Positions 11,744 through 24,500 of a DNA stretch of 64,000 nt are shown here, one piece after another. The DNA is from Phoronis australis (lineage: Eukaryota; Animalia; Phoronida), in the NCBI GenBank assembly GCA_002633005.1, contig NMRA01000006.1, positions 1,071,021-1,135,020 of the forward strand, written 5' to 3'. A program made the translations under genes and the position numbers. Numbering within the stretch: the first letter of the stretch is position 1; every line of letters starts with the position of its first letter. The notes beneath the pieces were generated by a model. That model did no database searches and was not told where the DNA came from. It was given only the letters and a program-made list of their open reading frames with translations.

Positions 11744-14192
11744 GACCTAAAACTTCCAATTTTGGCAACTTCGAAACATCTTAAAATGGCTGACCGGATT
11801 CACACGAAAGCGTTCCGATGTAGTTCTATGGTTTATACACTGTTTTCCAAAACGCTGTTAAAATGTTCCTTTTTTGCATTAAAAGTACATTATAAAAAAG
11901 AACTTGTGAGATTTTATGAATTTTTCCAAGTTTTGCGAAAACGAAACCATAATTAATAAAACTGTCGGTAACAACCCTTTTGAGATTTTATCTTAAACAT
12001 TCATATCACACGAAATTTGGTCATGGTGTTATTGATCGTGTTGTGTTACTATGATTGTACCTTTGTGGTTTGCAAAATTTTCAAAAAAAACAAGGTCACG
12101 TGACCTAATTAAGGGTAGAATGGTGTAAAACCAACTTAAAAATCAAATCCTGAGGAGTTTAATACTTTCACTGAGAAATGTATATTTTTGCTGAGTTAAA
12201 TTCTCTAGTTTTGAAGACTGAATGGGCAGACTTGTCTGACCTTTTAACTAAGTTCAAACATCGGCCTCTGCATCCTCGAAGCCTAACTAAATAGCAAACG
12301 TGAAAAAACTCCCCATAAAGTGATTTTAGACTGTCTAGCTGGACAGTCGTCATTACCAAACTGCCGGCAATACTCCGGGTACCCGAGTACAATACACTGA
12401 CGTAACCCCCTTTAGCCCAACTGTATTGTATGCCTTCAAGAGACGTTGCGCTACTTTTAGTGAAAACACTATTGACCCACGGATAATACCTCTTTATGCA
12501 CCTCTGTAAAATATCCCTTTCGTCGCTTACCGGACAGTCGTCGTCGATTGGGTGTGGTGATCGAGTCAAAGGTGGATTATCGCTTTTCACTGAAGACTTT
12601 GCGAAGAGACATTGGTTTCGTTGTTTCAATTCGTTGAAACTTACTAGTGAGCTAAAAACTACAAAGGTATGTTTAACAGAGTACGTTTATCTGACACCTG
12701 ATTTATTTACTCGCCTCAGTTTCGACAGACGTCGGGCGTCCGCCATGTTTTAAAAGTTGGATATAAAATGGACAGGTCACTACCATGGTTTTACGTTATT
12801 GCCTTTCTAATCGACCTCTCTTCTGTTTCTTGAAGAACAACCTTACATTACGGTTGACCAACTATAGTTAAATTCGTCGTAAGAAACAATGACAACAGAC
12901 GTCGGGTTAGGGTCTGCTGTGACCCGAAAACCTAGTCACGACCTAGTCGATGACGATGTCAGACTGATGACTTAACAACAGGCATGATTCAGGCGGACCG
13001 TTTTACAACATCCCCAAGTCGTGTTGCCAATATCTCCTCGTTGGTCTTCACTTAACCGAAATATGGAAACTGTTCCACCATTTCGATCATGAACCAGCTC
13101 CTAATGAACTAAGACGATTAAATTACGCCCACATAATGTATTTTATGTAAAGTCACGGCGGCTCAACTATCAATTCGATATCATTCCGTCACTAGTTCTG
13201 ATTGGAGTTAGAAGACTGAGTAATTTCAAGGAAACTTTGAGATTTCCAGCTATCCGGACAAATTTCACATTTTATCGAACACCACAAGTAACAGCTTGGA
13301 AGTGGCGTCACATTGACTCTATAGTGTAGCCAAATGAAACATTGCTGGGGGCCGGTCGGGGTTATTAAGATCTGACATCAGCTACATAAATTGATTTTGT
13401 AAATCAACTGGTACAGCCGACTTCCTCCCCCATGAACCGCACTAGCGTTCTTTCTTGTGAACGCATTCTTTTTCTTTCTTGAGCTGCATGTAATTTCTCA
13501 TGTACTGCAATTCATTTTTACAAACACAGCTTTTCCCGTGAACCACTAAATCTGTTCGTTCTCTAACAGGAGGCACGTACTTGGTGCTGTACTAAAGCTG
13601 TATGTAGGCCTACACTATAATGTGAGATAATGTGAGAACAAGCATTCCTTTGTGAACAAAGAAAACACATCAACTTCGCAGGGAAAACGTCACAGGTTAT
13701 TACAGGACTTTATCGACATATTTGTGTATTTATCCAAATATCTTCAAAACTTAGCAACAGTGTAAATTTTCTAAAAGCAGAAATTCTGCAGAATTTGATT
13801 TTGCCAATAATTACCATAGGTCACGTGCCTTGCTTCTCTTTGGAAAATTTAGTGAAAAGGAAAGGTTGAACAGGACTCGGATCAATAACATGACCAAATT
13901 TAGTATGATAAAATGTTTAAGCTAAAATCTCAAAAATGCTGTTTCAGTTTCCTAAATGATCGTTTCGTTTTCATTTTATGCAACTTGAATTTTTATTCAT
14001 AAAAGTCATATAAGTCCTATGTGTTTGATAGCCCCTCATGCAAAAATGGAACATTTTGAATATAATTCCTAACAGCGTTTTGTAAAACAGTGCATAAAGC
14101 ATAGCATCTGAAAGTTTTGCCTGTGAATCCGATCAGCCATTTCTGAGATACGATGTTTCAGAGTTTGCCAAAATGGAAATTTTTCTAGGGTC
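11744..14192. repeat. Pair of about 370-bp inverted repeat copies (11744-12105 and 13817-14192) of a dispersed family
   Basis: Examples: gaaatttggtcatggtgttattgatc vs gatcaataacatgaccaaattt; aaatggctgaccggattcac vs gtgaatccgatcagccattt; aggtcacgtg at both inner ends. A related motif lies at 58960-59055. Confidence 0.8.
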
Positions 14193-14375
14193 CCAATTTG
14201 AGGATGGTGCAAAAAGGCAATGCAACGCCGGAGAAAACAGTTGTGCTGTGAAAAGAACAGTTACTTAGAACGCTCATGCAGAGGAAAACCGGCACTTGCT
14301 ACCCTACGTTGGTTTATTTTTGTCGCACAACTCGCTGCCGACTAAACTGATCCCTTCGTTTGTTGCAGGGACACG

Positions 14376-14546
14376 ATGAATCACGCCGAAGATGGTCTTA
14401 AAAAGGAAAAAGCGAGCCAAAATATCTACATCCCAATCTGCGTCTTCCTCTTTGTCGCTTGTGTAGCGCTAGCCGTCTCGCTTGGGGTTCTTTACAAGGA
14501 CAGTCAAGACTCGCTACGAGAGGCATTGCGTAACTGTCCCAAGTAA
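14376..14546 (+). CDS. 56-aa single-TM microprotein paralogous to the AOC N-terminal anchor (MNHAEDGLKKEKASQNIYIPICVFLFVACVALAVSLGVLYKDSQDSLREALRNCPK)
   Basis: 18/25 aa identical to the AOC TM segment, with mostly third-position differences. An acceptor (ttgttgcag, ending 14368) lies 7 nt before the ATG; the AOC gene has one 8 nt before its ATG. It could instead be a truncated pseudogene. Confidence 0.6.
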   Translation: MNHAEDGLKKEKASQNIYIPICVFLFVACVALAVSLGVLYKDSQDSLREALRNCPK

Positions 14547-16300
14547 CAATGCGCCTAGAACCAGGATGACTATTTGCTACAGTGGAGGCCTCAACTAACG
14601 ATGGACAATAATGATCACTTTGTTTCTTTTGATCGCCGGAAACTGGCGAAGCACATGTATTGTGATTAACTAGAAACTTATAAACTGGTGTTTACTCTGA
14701 TTAGACCTGTACCCCGGGCTTGTATGACAGTTTTTAAAACAACCTCTAAAAGTTTATTAACAAAAATTGTCATTAAATCGGGTTCCCTTTTATCTGTTGA
14801 TTTTTACAGACTTTGATTGGTATTTCAGCAACTTCAGTATAATTTCAACTCGTTGACACGCTTCCCTATTCCGCTCAGGAAATAGATTGAACATGATTTC
14901 CCTGTGCGCTTGCATTACGTTACGTAAGATGTAGAGTACGAGAAATTTTCTTATAAGAATTTTAACACAAGTGTTAATCTATGTTATTTCAAACACAATG
15001 TAATAGATTAGTAGATCATGATTAAAAGTTAATTCATAAGATATTATATTGCGTCTGTTGTTATCTCATTACACCTAAAGTCCATAAGTGTGACCAGGGG
15101 CCCGATCTAATCTTTATACTCGAAATCGCACTCATTTTTGACACATTCGGTTCTCGACTTTAAGAAACTCAAGATAATTGTCTATTATTCCGTGTTCAAG
15201 TGTATTGTGGTTTACTTGGATCATTTACTAATCCTAGGTTGCCCTTGAAATTTCGAGTTTGAAGTCGAATTGGTAGTTCGAATGTAGGAGTCACCCACTT
15301 GAACCAGAAACTTAATCCACGTAAACTAATATAGACCAATCGGCTAAATGAGCTCATTGTGTCTTACATATAGCAGTTACTAATGTGTTGTTGAATGAGG
15401 TTACCATAAATACTCTGTTTATAGACCCAATTCTTCAATGGCAAACATACTTTGTAAGCTTGACAACAGTAACCTCCATTATTCTTTGACCACTCGGTTG
15501 TCTTTCGTAATTTCCGAGTATCCATCATATTGCACAAGAGTCGGGCAGCCGAGTTCTTCAGTCCGTTCGCGAGCCTTGGACTCGTATATCTAAAAAATTT
15601 ACCGGTATTCCATGTGCTTAGACAAACGGCGATCGAAAACCATGCACTCTGTACATCAGAAAAGATTAGGAAAGTTGTCTCCACTTCGAAATGCTGAGGA
15701 GTGATGAAGCTACACTGAAACAAAAACGAAGTTAATCATTGTTATTACTTTATTGAGTTTGTTTGAAACAAGTGTTTCGAACATCACTTGACAATTTATA
15801 CACAAAAAGAGAAGTTCTAGAGTATTTTTCGAGAAAAAAAGACAAAGCAATTTCTGATGTAATTACGGATGGTCACCTAAAATACGCAGAAACGTATGTG
15901 AAAGAAAGGGTAGGACCTACACAACACGAAACCGATCTCAATGACTTGTAGGGGCACTGGATGAATTTCGTCGAATAATTTTTCTACGTACCCTTTAAAA
16001 TGATGCATCAGTATAATAGCGGACAAAAGCCCGTTATGGGAATATGTTGGCCTAATAGTTGGCAAAGGGCGTGACTAGTAATCCAGGGTAAATTTCATAT
16101 TTTTGTCACTGCTACGCCGACAAAAGACGAGTGTAATCTGGAATGATAAACATTATTGGAGTGGGGCACAAACTAATTTATCTTCACCAAATCTTTGGTC
16201 CCGCTCTACTTTCAGATTTTCCCTTCATTTACCGTCCCCAAGCCGTCGCCAAATTTGTAACCCTGATACAGCACTGCGATCTTTACAGTTTTGGGAGAAA

Positions 16301-16390
16301 ACCCTCAGAGAGGTAGTCACCAGAAACCCTTGAGAGATGTAGTCACCCGCAGAAACCCTGAGAGGGGTAGTCAACTAGTCACCAGAAACT
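16301..16390. repeat. Degenerate tandem repeat, unit about 26-29 bp
   Basis: Three to four copies of agaaaccct(c/t)gagaga(g)gtagtcacc. Confidence 0.7.
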
Positions 16391-18531
16391 TGGCAACCGG
16401 TCTTTTAACAATGATTTCGCGAGAGACCAGAAGTGCGTAACGCACTTTATTATGGTACCAAAAAGATATACTGGCAAAGTCATTACTTTGGTTGCGTCAA
16501 ACTCATTATCGTAAGAAACTCCAACCTGGGGCTGGCAAAATCCAAAGAAATACGCCGAGGAGAAAACTAAAGTAGGGCATATTATGATTTGATGGCATGA
16601 TGAAAGGGTGCATTGCCAGGGTTCCCGGTTGATAACACTGCCTTAGAAGCATTTCAAAATCTCTTCAACACAGATACATTGTACCAGAGTTTCTGCTACC
16701 AATGGCAGAACTTCTTCAACTAGCGTAAACTCATTGAAAATCAATTTTCTGCACGTGTAACTACAGCTTGGCAAAAATATCAAGTGCACATCGCTATCAG
16801 GGGGTCGGATGACAGATTTTCCCTCAAAATTTCAGCCTGCATCAAAGTTCATTGAAGCATCATGATTTTCATTGTCAACAGAATATGCAAATCAGAAATC
16901 AATGAATCCCAGGAGGTTACCGCACAGAAGAAAATAGTATTGACATGTTGGGCCGTCACTTGGCACCAAAGGCACACACGCGGTTTGATTTAACTGTAGG
17001 TTGTTGTTTAGTTGCGTAAGTTATTGCATGCAATTTTTCGGCAATTCCCGAAGGCATGCGCACAGGAAATTGGCGTGAAACAATTAAGGGAAACAGTGCA
17101 TCTGACGGGAGATTTGAGGGCCCTCCTCTATTTCAGAATTTAATCGTGTTAACGTGAATTCTGGTTCATTCCAACGGTAGCATTTTACGGCTTGTCCTTT
17201 TGAAATCGCAGACATCTTTGATTACGATTGCCAGTGCATACTTTGTCACACGTGGGCCAAGACGGTCATCAAAAATCCCCAATCGACAGTCAGGCTTAGT
17301 AGTCGACACGTGACAGTTTCACCACTTTTCACAACATTGTTTTTCTAATAACGACATTCAAAAGAAATGCGGTTCTTAGAAATCGTCTCGATATTTCAGA
17401 ACTATGAAACCATGGGGATTATTGTCTTCTATAATTCACAAACAATGGCCTCTAGGTGTTTAACTGAACTTCAATCCTCAGAAGGTAGTCAATAATGCTA
17501 TCAGTGTTATTTGATAAAATCTCACTTTTTTTCGTTTGACACACCTACGTCTCACTATGGCTCCTACAATTTACAAGTATTGGGAACTTTGCGTCTTAAA
17601 TTCAGTAAAAGTTCACTGCCCTAAATAATTTGATGGCTTCCTTATTGCCAAATGTCGAGTGATAGACCTCATTAACTGAGTAATCGAGGGATTAGTTTTC
17701 ACATGTTCATTTTTGGACTGAATCCATTTTTGTAGCCCAAACATGGGGATATAATTCAACATAAATATTGTTATTTTTGTCATTAAACAAACAGGAACTT
17801 TTCCAGATACGCTAATATTTGCACGTGAGTAGCCTACAAGAAAATAATTAGGTAATAGAATGAAATGTCGACTATGCGTGTGCTGCCGGCCGGAGCGTTG
17901 TCCTGGCAGAGCTGTTCGTGACGAATGTGTGATGGGCAGCGGAAAGTAAAAAAAAAAAAATTAAAAAAACATTTTGATATAAAAATCGCACACAATTGTT
18001 TAAATGTACTGAATCTTATAAATAACATATAATTGTAAAGTACGATTGTTTTTTTTTTTGCACTAGCGTGTAGTTGGTCCCTCTCGGACCACGATTTAAT
18101 TAACTTTTGCTGATCAGTTTGTGAATATGTTGTATATGTGTGGAAGACAAAAAAACTGTCACTGGATAACGAGATTCGTGGGTACTTGTAGCAAATCAAT
18201 AGCAACGCCCCTGGCCAGCAAAAAATACATCGGGCAAAAATGTTCCGTTCAACTCAAATGTCATTGCAGTTGGTGGAGCGTCATCTTTTGACAGATGAAG
18301 AAACTAATGATCCCCACCCTATACCTTAGTATATAATGTTTTCAAACATTAGTGTTATTTCCGATAAATTTCACAAGTAGCTGATTTATTTATGACAAAA
18401 TCTATCTTTTTATTGACCAAAAACATTTTGTGGAAATTCATATGCCCTCAATTGAGCAGTTACTTTGAAAATAGACGAACGTTGAAAACAAGGTAAATTG
18501 ACAGCCATATTGGTTTTCAAAACTATTCAAA

Positions 18532-21500
18532 ATGGCGAAGAAAACGTACGACTTACTATTCAAGCTATTGTTAATAGGCGATTCTGGAGTTGGCAAGACA
18601 TGCTTGTTGTTCAGATTTTCTGACGATGCCTTCAACACAACATTTATCTCCACAATAGGTATGGTTTCATCAAAATTCTTTGGGTTAATGATTTACGTCA
18701 GCAGAATGAAAATCATTGAAATTGAAATCTGACTGTCAAGTTGATGACTCATAACCAACTGATAACAAACAATGTATTCCATTGGTGAATCGCAACTCTG
18801 TACTGACTGTAGTTACTGCATTTTGCACATCCTACGAATTTGACTTATTTTTGTGTGACCAAATGTTTCTTTTCGAGAGTGCACTAAAAGTAAAAGTAAA
18901 GATTCAATCAATGAATTAAAAACCGGAAGCGATACCTTGAACCGTCTTTCAGTTTCGTAACATCATATAGAACAAGATTTCATGGCTGCCTCAGGCGTCA
19001 AGACCCCATTGGCTCATGTTATGTGGGATTTTTGTTGGCTGGATTGCTTTGCAGCACATAATTTTCTTAGTTTCATATTTTGAAATCTCAGTTCAAAATA
19101 CTGAAAGAGAAATAGTCGACACTGACAGTGTCTCTTTTTGTTACAATATTCGATTTCCAAGTCTCCATCCTTCCTGTCTCTTACGTTGTTTGGTCTTCCT
19201 TGTTTTAACCGACTGGTTTGTAGTGTGATAAGTTATGAATTTCCTTTTTGTACTCTCGTGCTTAGTGCTTAAACTAGTTATCTAGTTGACCCACCAGCAC
19301 ACTACTGCCAGTACTGGCGATCGCCATCTATGGGCACTCAGTAGGATGTTGACTATACTCTTTGGTAATTTTCCATGAACCAACGATAATGTTTAAGTGA
19401 AAACCATAGAACCCTGCACACTTGCAAGTCAGTGAAGTGTGCAGTTTTTTGATATTGTTTACAATTAGCAGTTGAAATTGAGTCCACTTCTTGAACTGGC
19501 GCGAATTTTCCTGGCCACGTACTAAAAAAATCCTTAGTAATTGTTTACAATATGATGACATTGACCTACACACATGATTTTGGTTTTGTTCGATTCCTCG
19601 CAACGTTATCTTTCCAAAAATGTACGGAAATTTCTCGTACCCCGTTCCCTTAGTATTTTATCGTGGTCGCACTATTTCCCGGTACTCGGTAGTCATACTG
19701 CCATGTTGAATGGAAGGAGTCACCTGGCAGTCAAAAACTAAACTAATCTACTAACACCTATATTTTGCAGAGCGTCGCTTTTCATGGGTTCAAACTGTCC
19801 GAGACCTGTCAATCCCCGGCGCGAGCTACTGTCCCAAGGGTTCGAATTCGATCCTATAGTGACCTTGGCACGCATCTGCTAGCCAGATTCCATAAAAACC
19901 GGAGGTTGTTTTTGAGGTCCAAATTGGTGAAAAGGGTATCACTTTCAGGGAAAAGTGGTCAAATAATCACAATTTTTGAAAAAGTTGGGAAAAGGGTGAA
20001 ATGCTGCCCCTTGTTCCTCCATGTTAAGTCATTAAAACTCGCGGGCAAAGACCATTCAGTGTCGATGATGCTGTTTCATTCATAAGCAACAGGTGTCGCT
20101 TTAATCTTGAGTTGAGCAAACATGGCGGTGTCAATTGGGAAATAATGTGAACAGAAATTCGACGATAGAATACTGAGGAAGCGTGGTAAGGGGCACATTC
20201 ATATATTTTTGGAAAGATAACGTTGCGAGGAATCGAATGATGCACAAATCATACGTGTCATATTGTAAACAATTACCAAATCCTCATTTTGGTCAACTGA
20301 TGTGCATAATTTGCATGTTTATGATATAACACTGGATGACTGGAACGCAAGTTTTGTCAACATATCACCTAAGTCGATCTAAAATTTATTGGTACGATTG
20401 TTCTTATTTGTGCACTCAGGCTTTCAGATTCAGATAAGTCATGTTTTGCCATACGTGGTCTGGTAGACAGTGACTACCATCCTAGCTGGCAGTAGAGACG
20501 GTGAAGCTCCTATAGGCGCTTCATATACTGGAAGCTTTTTGGCAAATTTTGTCTCATATTGATTAAAATATTAAGGTCATATTGCTATAAGTACCTTTTC
20601 CGCAAAGAGGGACACCTTAGGAGGCTGTCTATTTCTTTAATTCCTTCCTACTCGAACAAATACTCCTGTAATCAAACTCCCTCCTGCTGTTGCCCAAATC
20701 GGCAACTGGCCATTTTAACAACTCGAGTCGTGCGCTCCTATTTTAACGCACCCACCAGGAGCACGCGAATTGTTAAAATAGCCAGTTACCGATTTGGGGA
20801 ATTGAAGGTAGGACTGCTTGAAGAAAAAGTTTGGTTACGGGAGTATCTGTTCGAGTTGGAAGGAATTAAAGACATTGACAGCCTTCTTAGGTGTCCCTCT
20901 ATGCGCACAAGGCACTTGTAGAAACGTTTTTAACTGTTCACCGCAGTGACTAAGCTCAGTCTAAGAGGAATAGGGGGATACTTTGATGCAATGCTCTATT
21001 GTTAACTAGTATGTCCAGGATTCGAGCTCTGGGTGCCTCATATGGGAGTTAATAGCTGCATCCCGTGTGTGTGATTATGTGTGCATGTGTATATATGTGT
21101 CCTGTGCTACATGTGTTTGGTACAAGGATTGAAAAATTCTGCAACAAATTTCAGATATTCGTGAAATTTGCGTACGTCTGACATGCATATCCGTAGGATT
21201 TTCGCTTAAGTTCGATGCAGAGTTACATGGTAGGATTGTTTTGAGTTCAAACTTTAGTCCGTAAGATAAGCTGGATTTCGACTTACTGGGATTTCCTTTG
21301 GTCCTGTTGGATCTGACTTTTGCTTTAGTGTATGGAGTATTTGGGAAATGGGGCCTTTTATTTTTCTTTTGTTTAATGTTTGTTTAACAAACGTCTTCAG
21401 TTTTTTTTTTGGAAAATAGGTGCAAAACACAATAATGCATTGCTTATGGAGGATTTATTCAAATTTTGGGTAGCCCTCAGCTCCAAGTACTTGTACTAAC

Positions 21501-24500
21501 TTGATTCAAAAAGTAAATTCGAAGAATCATGTTCTAAACGTTGAACTTTAAAATATTCCAACACAATGGCCTGAAGTGATGGTTCCATTTCACATTTAGC
21601 AACATATTCAAGGGAGCTCTAACTTATCAGAAATATGTAACAGACAAATGATTACTTTTCACATAAATGATTTTGCTGTGTGTTCAAAATTAACTAAAAT
21701 TGTATTCTCCTTAACTAAAATTGTATTCTCCTTTTGACATACAGATTAAGATGTTATTTTGTCAGGTAACTGTTGCCTCTGAAGCTTATCATTCAGTCAT
21801 ATGATGGACTTACTTATCATGTCATCATAGTTTAGCCATATCAACTGTGCTGCGATATCACAAATATTAGTTTTATCAACAAATTTGCTGTGTAATTCAA
21901 CTGTCAAATTGTTTAAATATCCTTTACAATGAAATAAATATGATTTTATTTTTAAGTGTGTTTTAATTTTATTTTATAGAACTGAGGCCGCTGTGAATAT
22001 CTTTTATGTTCAGTGTTCAGTTTTAATTTTCTGCTATTTTTAATTATAACATAAGATTATCATTGTTTTGTTGTCTTGATATAACCAATGGGAGTAATGA
22101 TTGGTTTACTTTTTACGGGAAAAAAATGAAAGTGATTTTCCTTTCAGATAGAGATCAGAAAATTGCAAACCATAATATTTAACCTTTGCTTCAGACTCTT
22201 TATTTATAATTCAAATGTTTTTACAGGAATTGACTTCAAAATCAAGACAGTTGAACTAGGAGGGAAGAAAATAAAGTTACAGATATGGTAAGTGGCATAG
22301 GAGTCAACAGATGTATTATAATTGTATATTCAGAGGTGTATTATGTAAACATCTCATATTCAAAGAGGCATTATTTAGACAGTATATTCAGAGGCGTATT
22401 TTAATAATTTATATTCATAAGTGTATTATAACAGTATTCAGAGACAATGACATACTTGCTCATGCAGGGCGAGTTTTATGGAAATCAGCTATATGCAAAT
22501 TTATGAACAAGAAAAATATTTATTTGACTTTATTTGATGGCGTTGCTTGATTTTTTTCACCATAAAGTTGATGTTAGTGTTATGCTCCAAGTCAAAAGAT
22601 GAACAATTGTCATTAATGAAACTGAAATCAGTGAAATTTATTTTCCTTCTTGCCACTGTCTTGCAAGATCGTTTGACCTGCACAGATGTTGACTTGCTTG
22701 ATCACTCTCACATGTTGTTCTCTAACTTCCCCTGACCTGCCTAAAGGGTCAACTTACATATCCTGGTAAGCTGGTGACATAGTTAGCATCTTAAAGTCAT
22801 CAAATGAGTTAAACAGTCCTGGACCAAGACAAATGTGCTCACAAATTACATCACCTATAACCAGTGGAGATCATGTTTTATCAGTTTCTTTGCTGTAAAA
22901 ATCCTCCAGTTTGGGACTTTGAGAAATTATTTTGCTCAAGGTCAGAGCTTGTACCACATTTTATATATATCTATGTGTTGGCTGTCCCAATTTGAGAACA
23001 AAGGTCAACAACAGATCATCCACCTTACCATATTGCCACACCATTAATTCCATGAAGTCTTTGCGGAACTGCACTTATAAGCGAAGCTTATTCCAAGCAC
23101 TTGGGGAAAAAGGCCACAAAAAGGCATCATTTCGGATATAGGCTCATGGGCCTAAAGGTGCGGCAATACGGTAATACAAAACTATACAACAAATTTGTTT
23201 AAAATATGTCAAGGAACTCCCAAAGATACAGACCCAAATGTAAGAAATTGCCATCATCTTATTCGCTAGGGTTTCAGCTTGTGAAACTGCTAGCGTTCTT
23301 GCCAGGCGTGAACGTAGTAATAGACTTTGCAAATCTTTTGTGCGAAAGAATCTTGAGGCACGCACCATCCGATCGTACTGAAGCTAAACCTCACCACCTA
23401 AAACACAAGGCCTGCATTCCGTAGACCCCAGAAGCTTGCAAAAACGTATGATATGCAAGTCTGCATGTTGTCACCATGCATTACAAGCCAACCATGTAAT
23501 CACACTAACTTCAATGCATTACAAGCCAACCATGTAATCACACTAACTTTAATTCTGAGCTTCTTGCATCTTCTTGCCACATCTTTAAGTGTTCAGTGGT
23601 ATCGGTAATGCCATCCCACAATCCATTAAAAAAATGACGGCAGTGCTGTATAAGAAATCCCGAGTTGTTATGTGCCACAGTCATTTTAAAATTGTGTCTT
23701 CACTTAACAATGTAATTAATTGTGTCCAGTGATTCGTGTACATTTTTAGGCACAGCATCTTGACGAGGGAGACTTCAGAAGATTGAAATTACCTTTGGCT
23801 CTCATTAGTGGCTATCCACTCACCAGAGCTGAGGCTATGACCAAAGTCTATTTGTCACCAGAAATTTTGTTTCCTCATGCCGTTTCACTGTTGTGGATCA
23901 TTTTCCAGTACCAGAATATGCATCCTCTATAAAATATCCTCTATAAAAGGGACAGATTTTGGATCACCTTTCCCAGTACCAACACTTAACATTTGCTGTA
24001 AAAAGGACATTGTTGAGTCTATCATATAGGCAATGTTTGGTATGTAGGTGTGGAAAATTAAATTTCTGAGGTTGAAAGGCTCGGTGGCTGATGGCACTGC
24101 GTCTATGTTACTATGGAATGACTGTGTTGTTTGTCACTTCATTGAACCTGCACTCAGCTCCACCTGTTGGTTGCAGGGATACAGCTGGGCAGGAGAGGTT
24201 CCATACTATCACTACGTCGTACTACCGTGGCGCCATGGGCATCATGTTAGTGTTCGACATTACAAATGCCAAGACATTTGAGAATATTTCCAAGTGGTTA
24301 CGGAACATTGACGAGGTGACTGCTTAAATAGAACTGTTGGTCAACTGCAAATTTGATCGATTTAATCATGTCTCTTGTGAACTTTTGTCGAATTTGTGAT
24401 AAAAATAACTTCTAGTAGAGTGATAGCAGGTAACTTCACCTATTATTTGACAGGCCTAAATTTGAGTGACTAAATTCGCATTTTCTTATTTTGCTAAGGT

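Noticed and set aside
12168-12753. Overlapping 153-aa and 85-aa ORFs
   Set aside because: No recognisable domain or splice context. They lie in the compositionally anomalous block.
20559-20921. 120-aa ORF
   Set aside because: It is a translation of the palindromic MITE.
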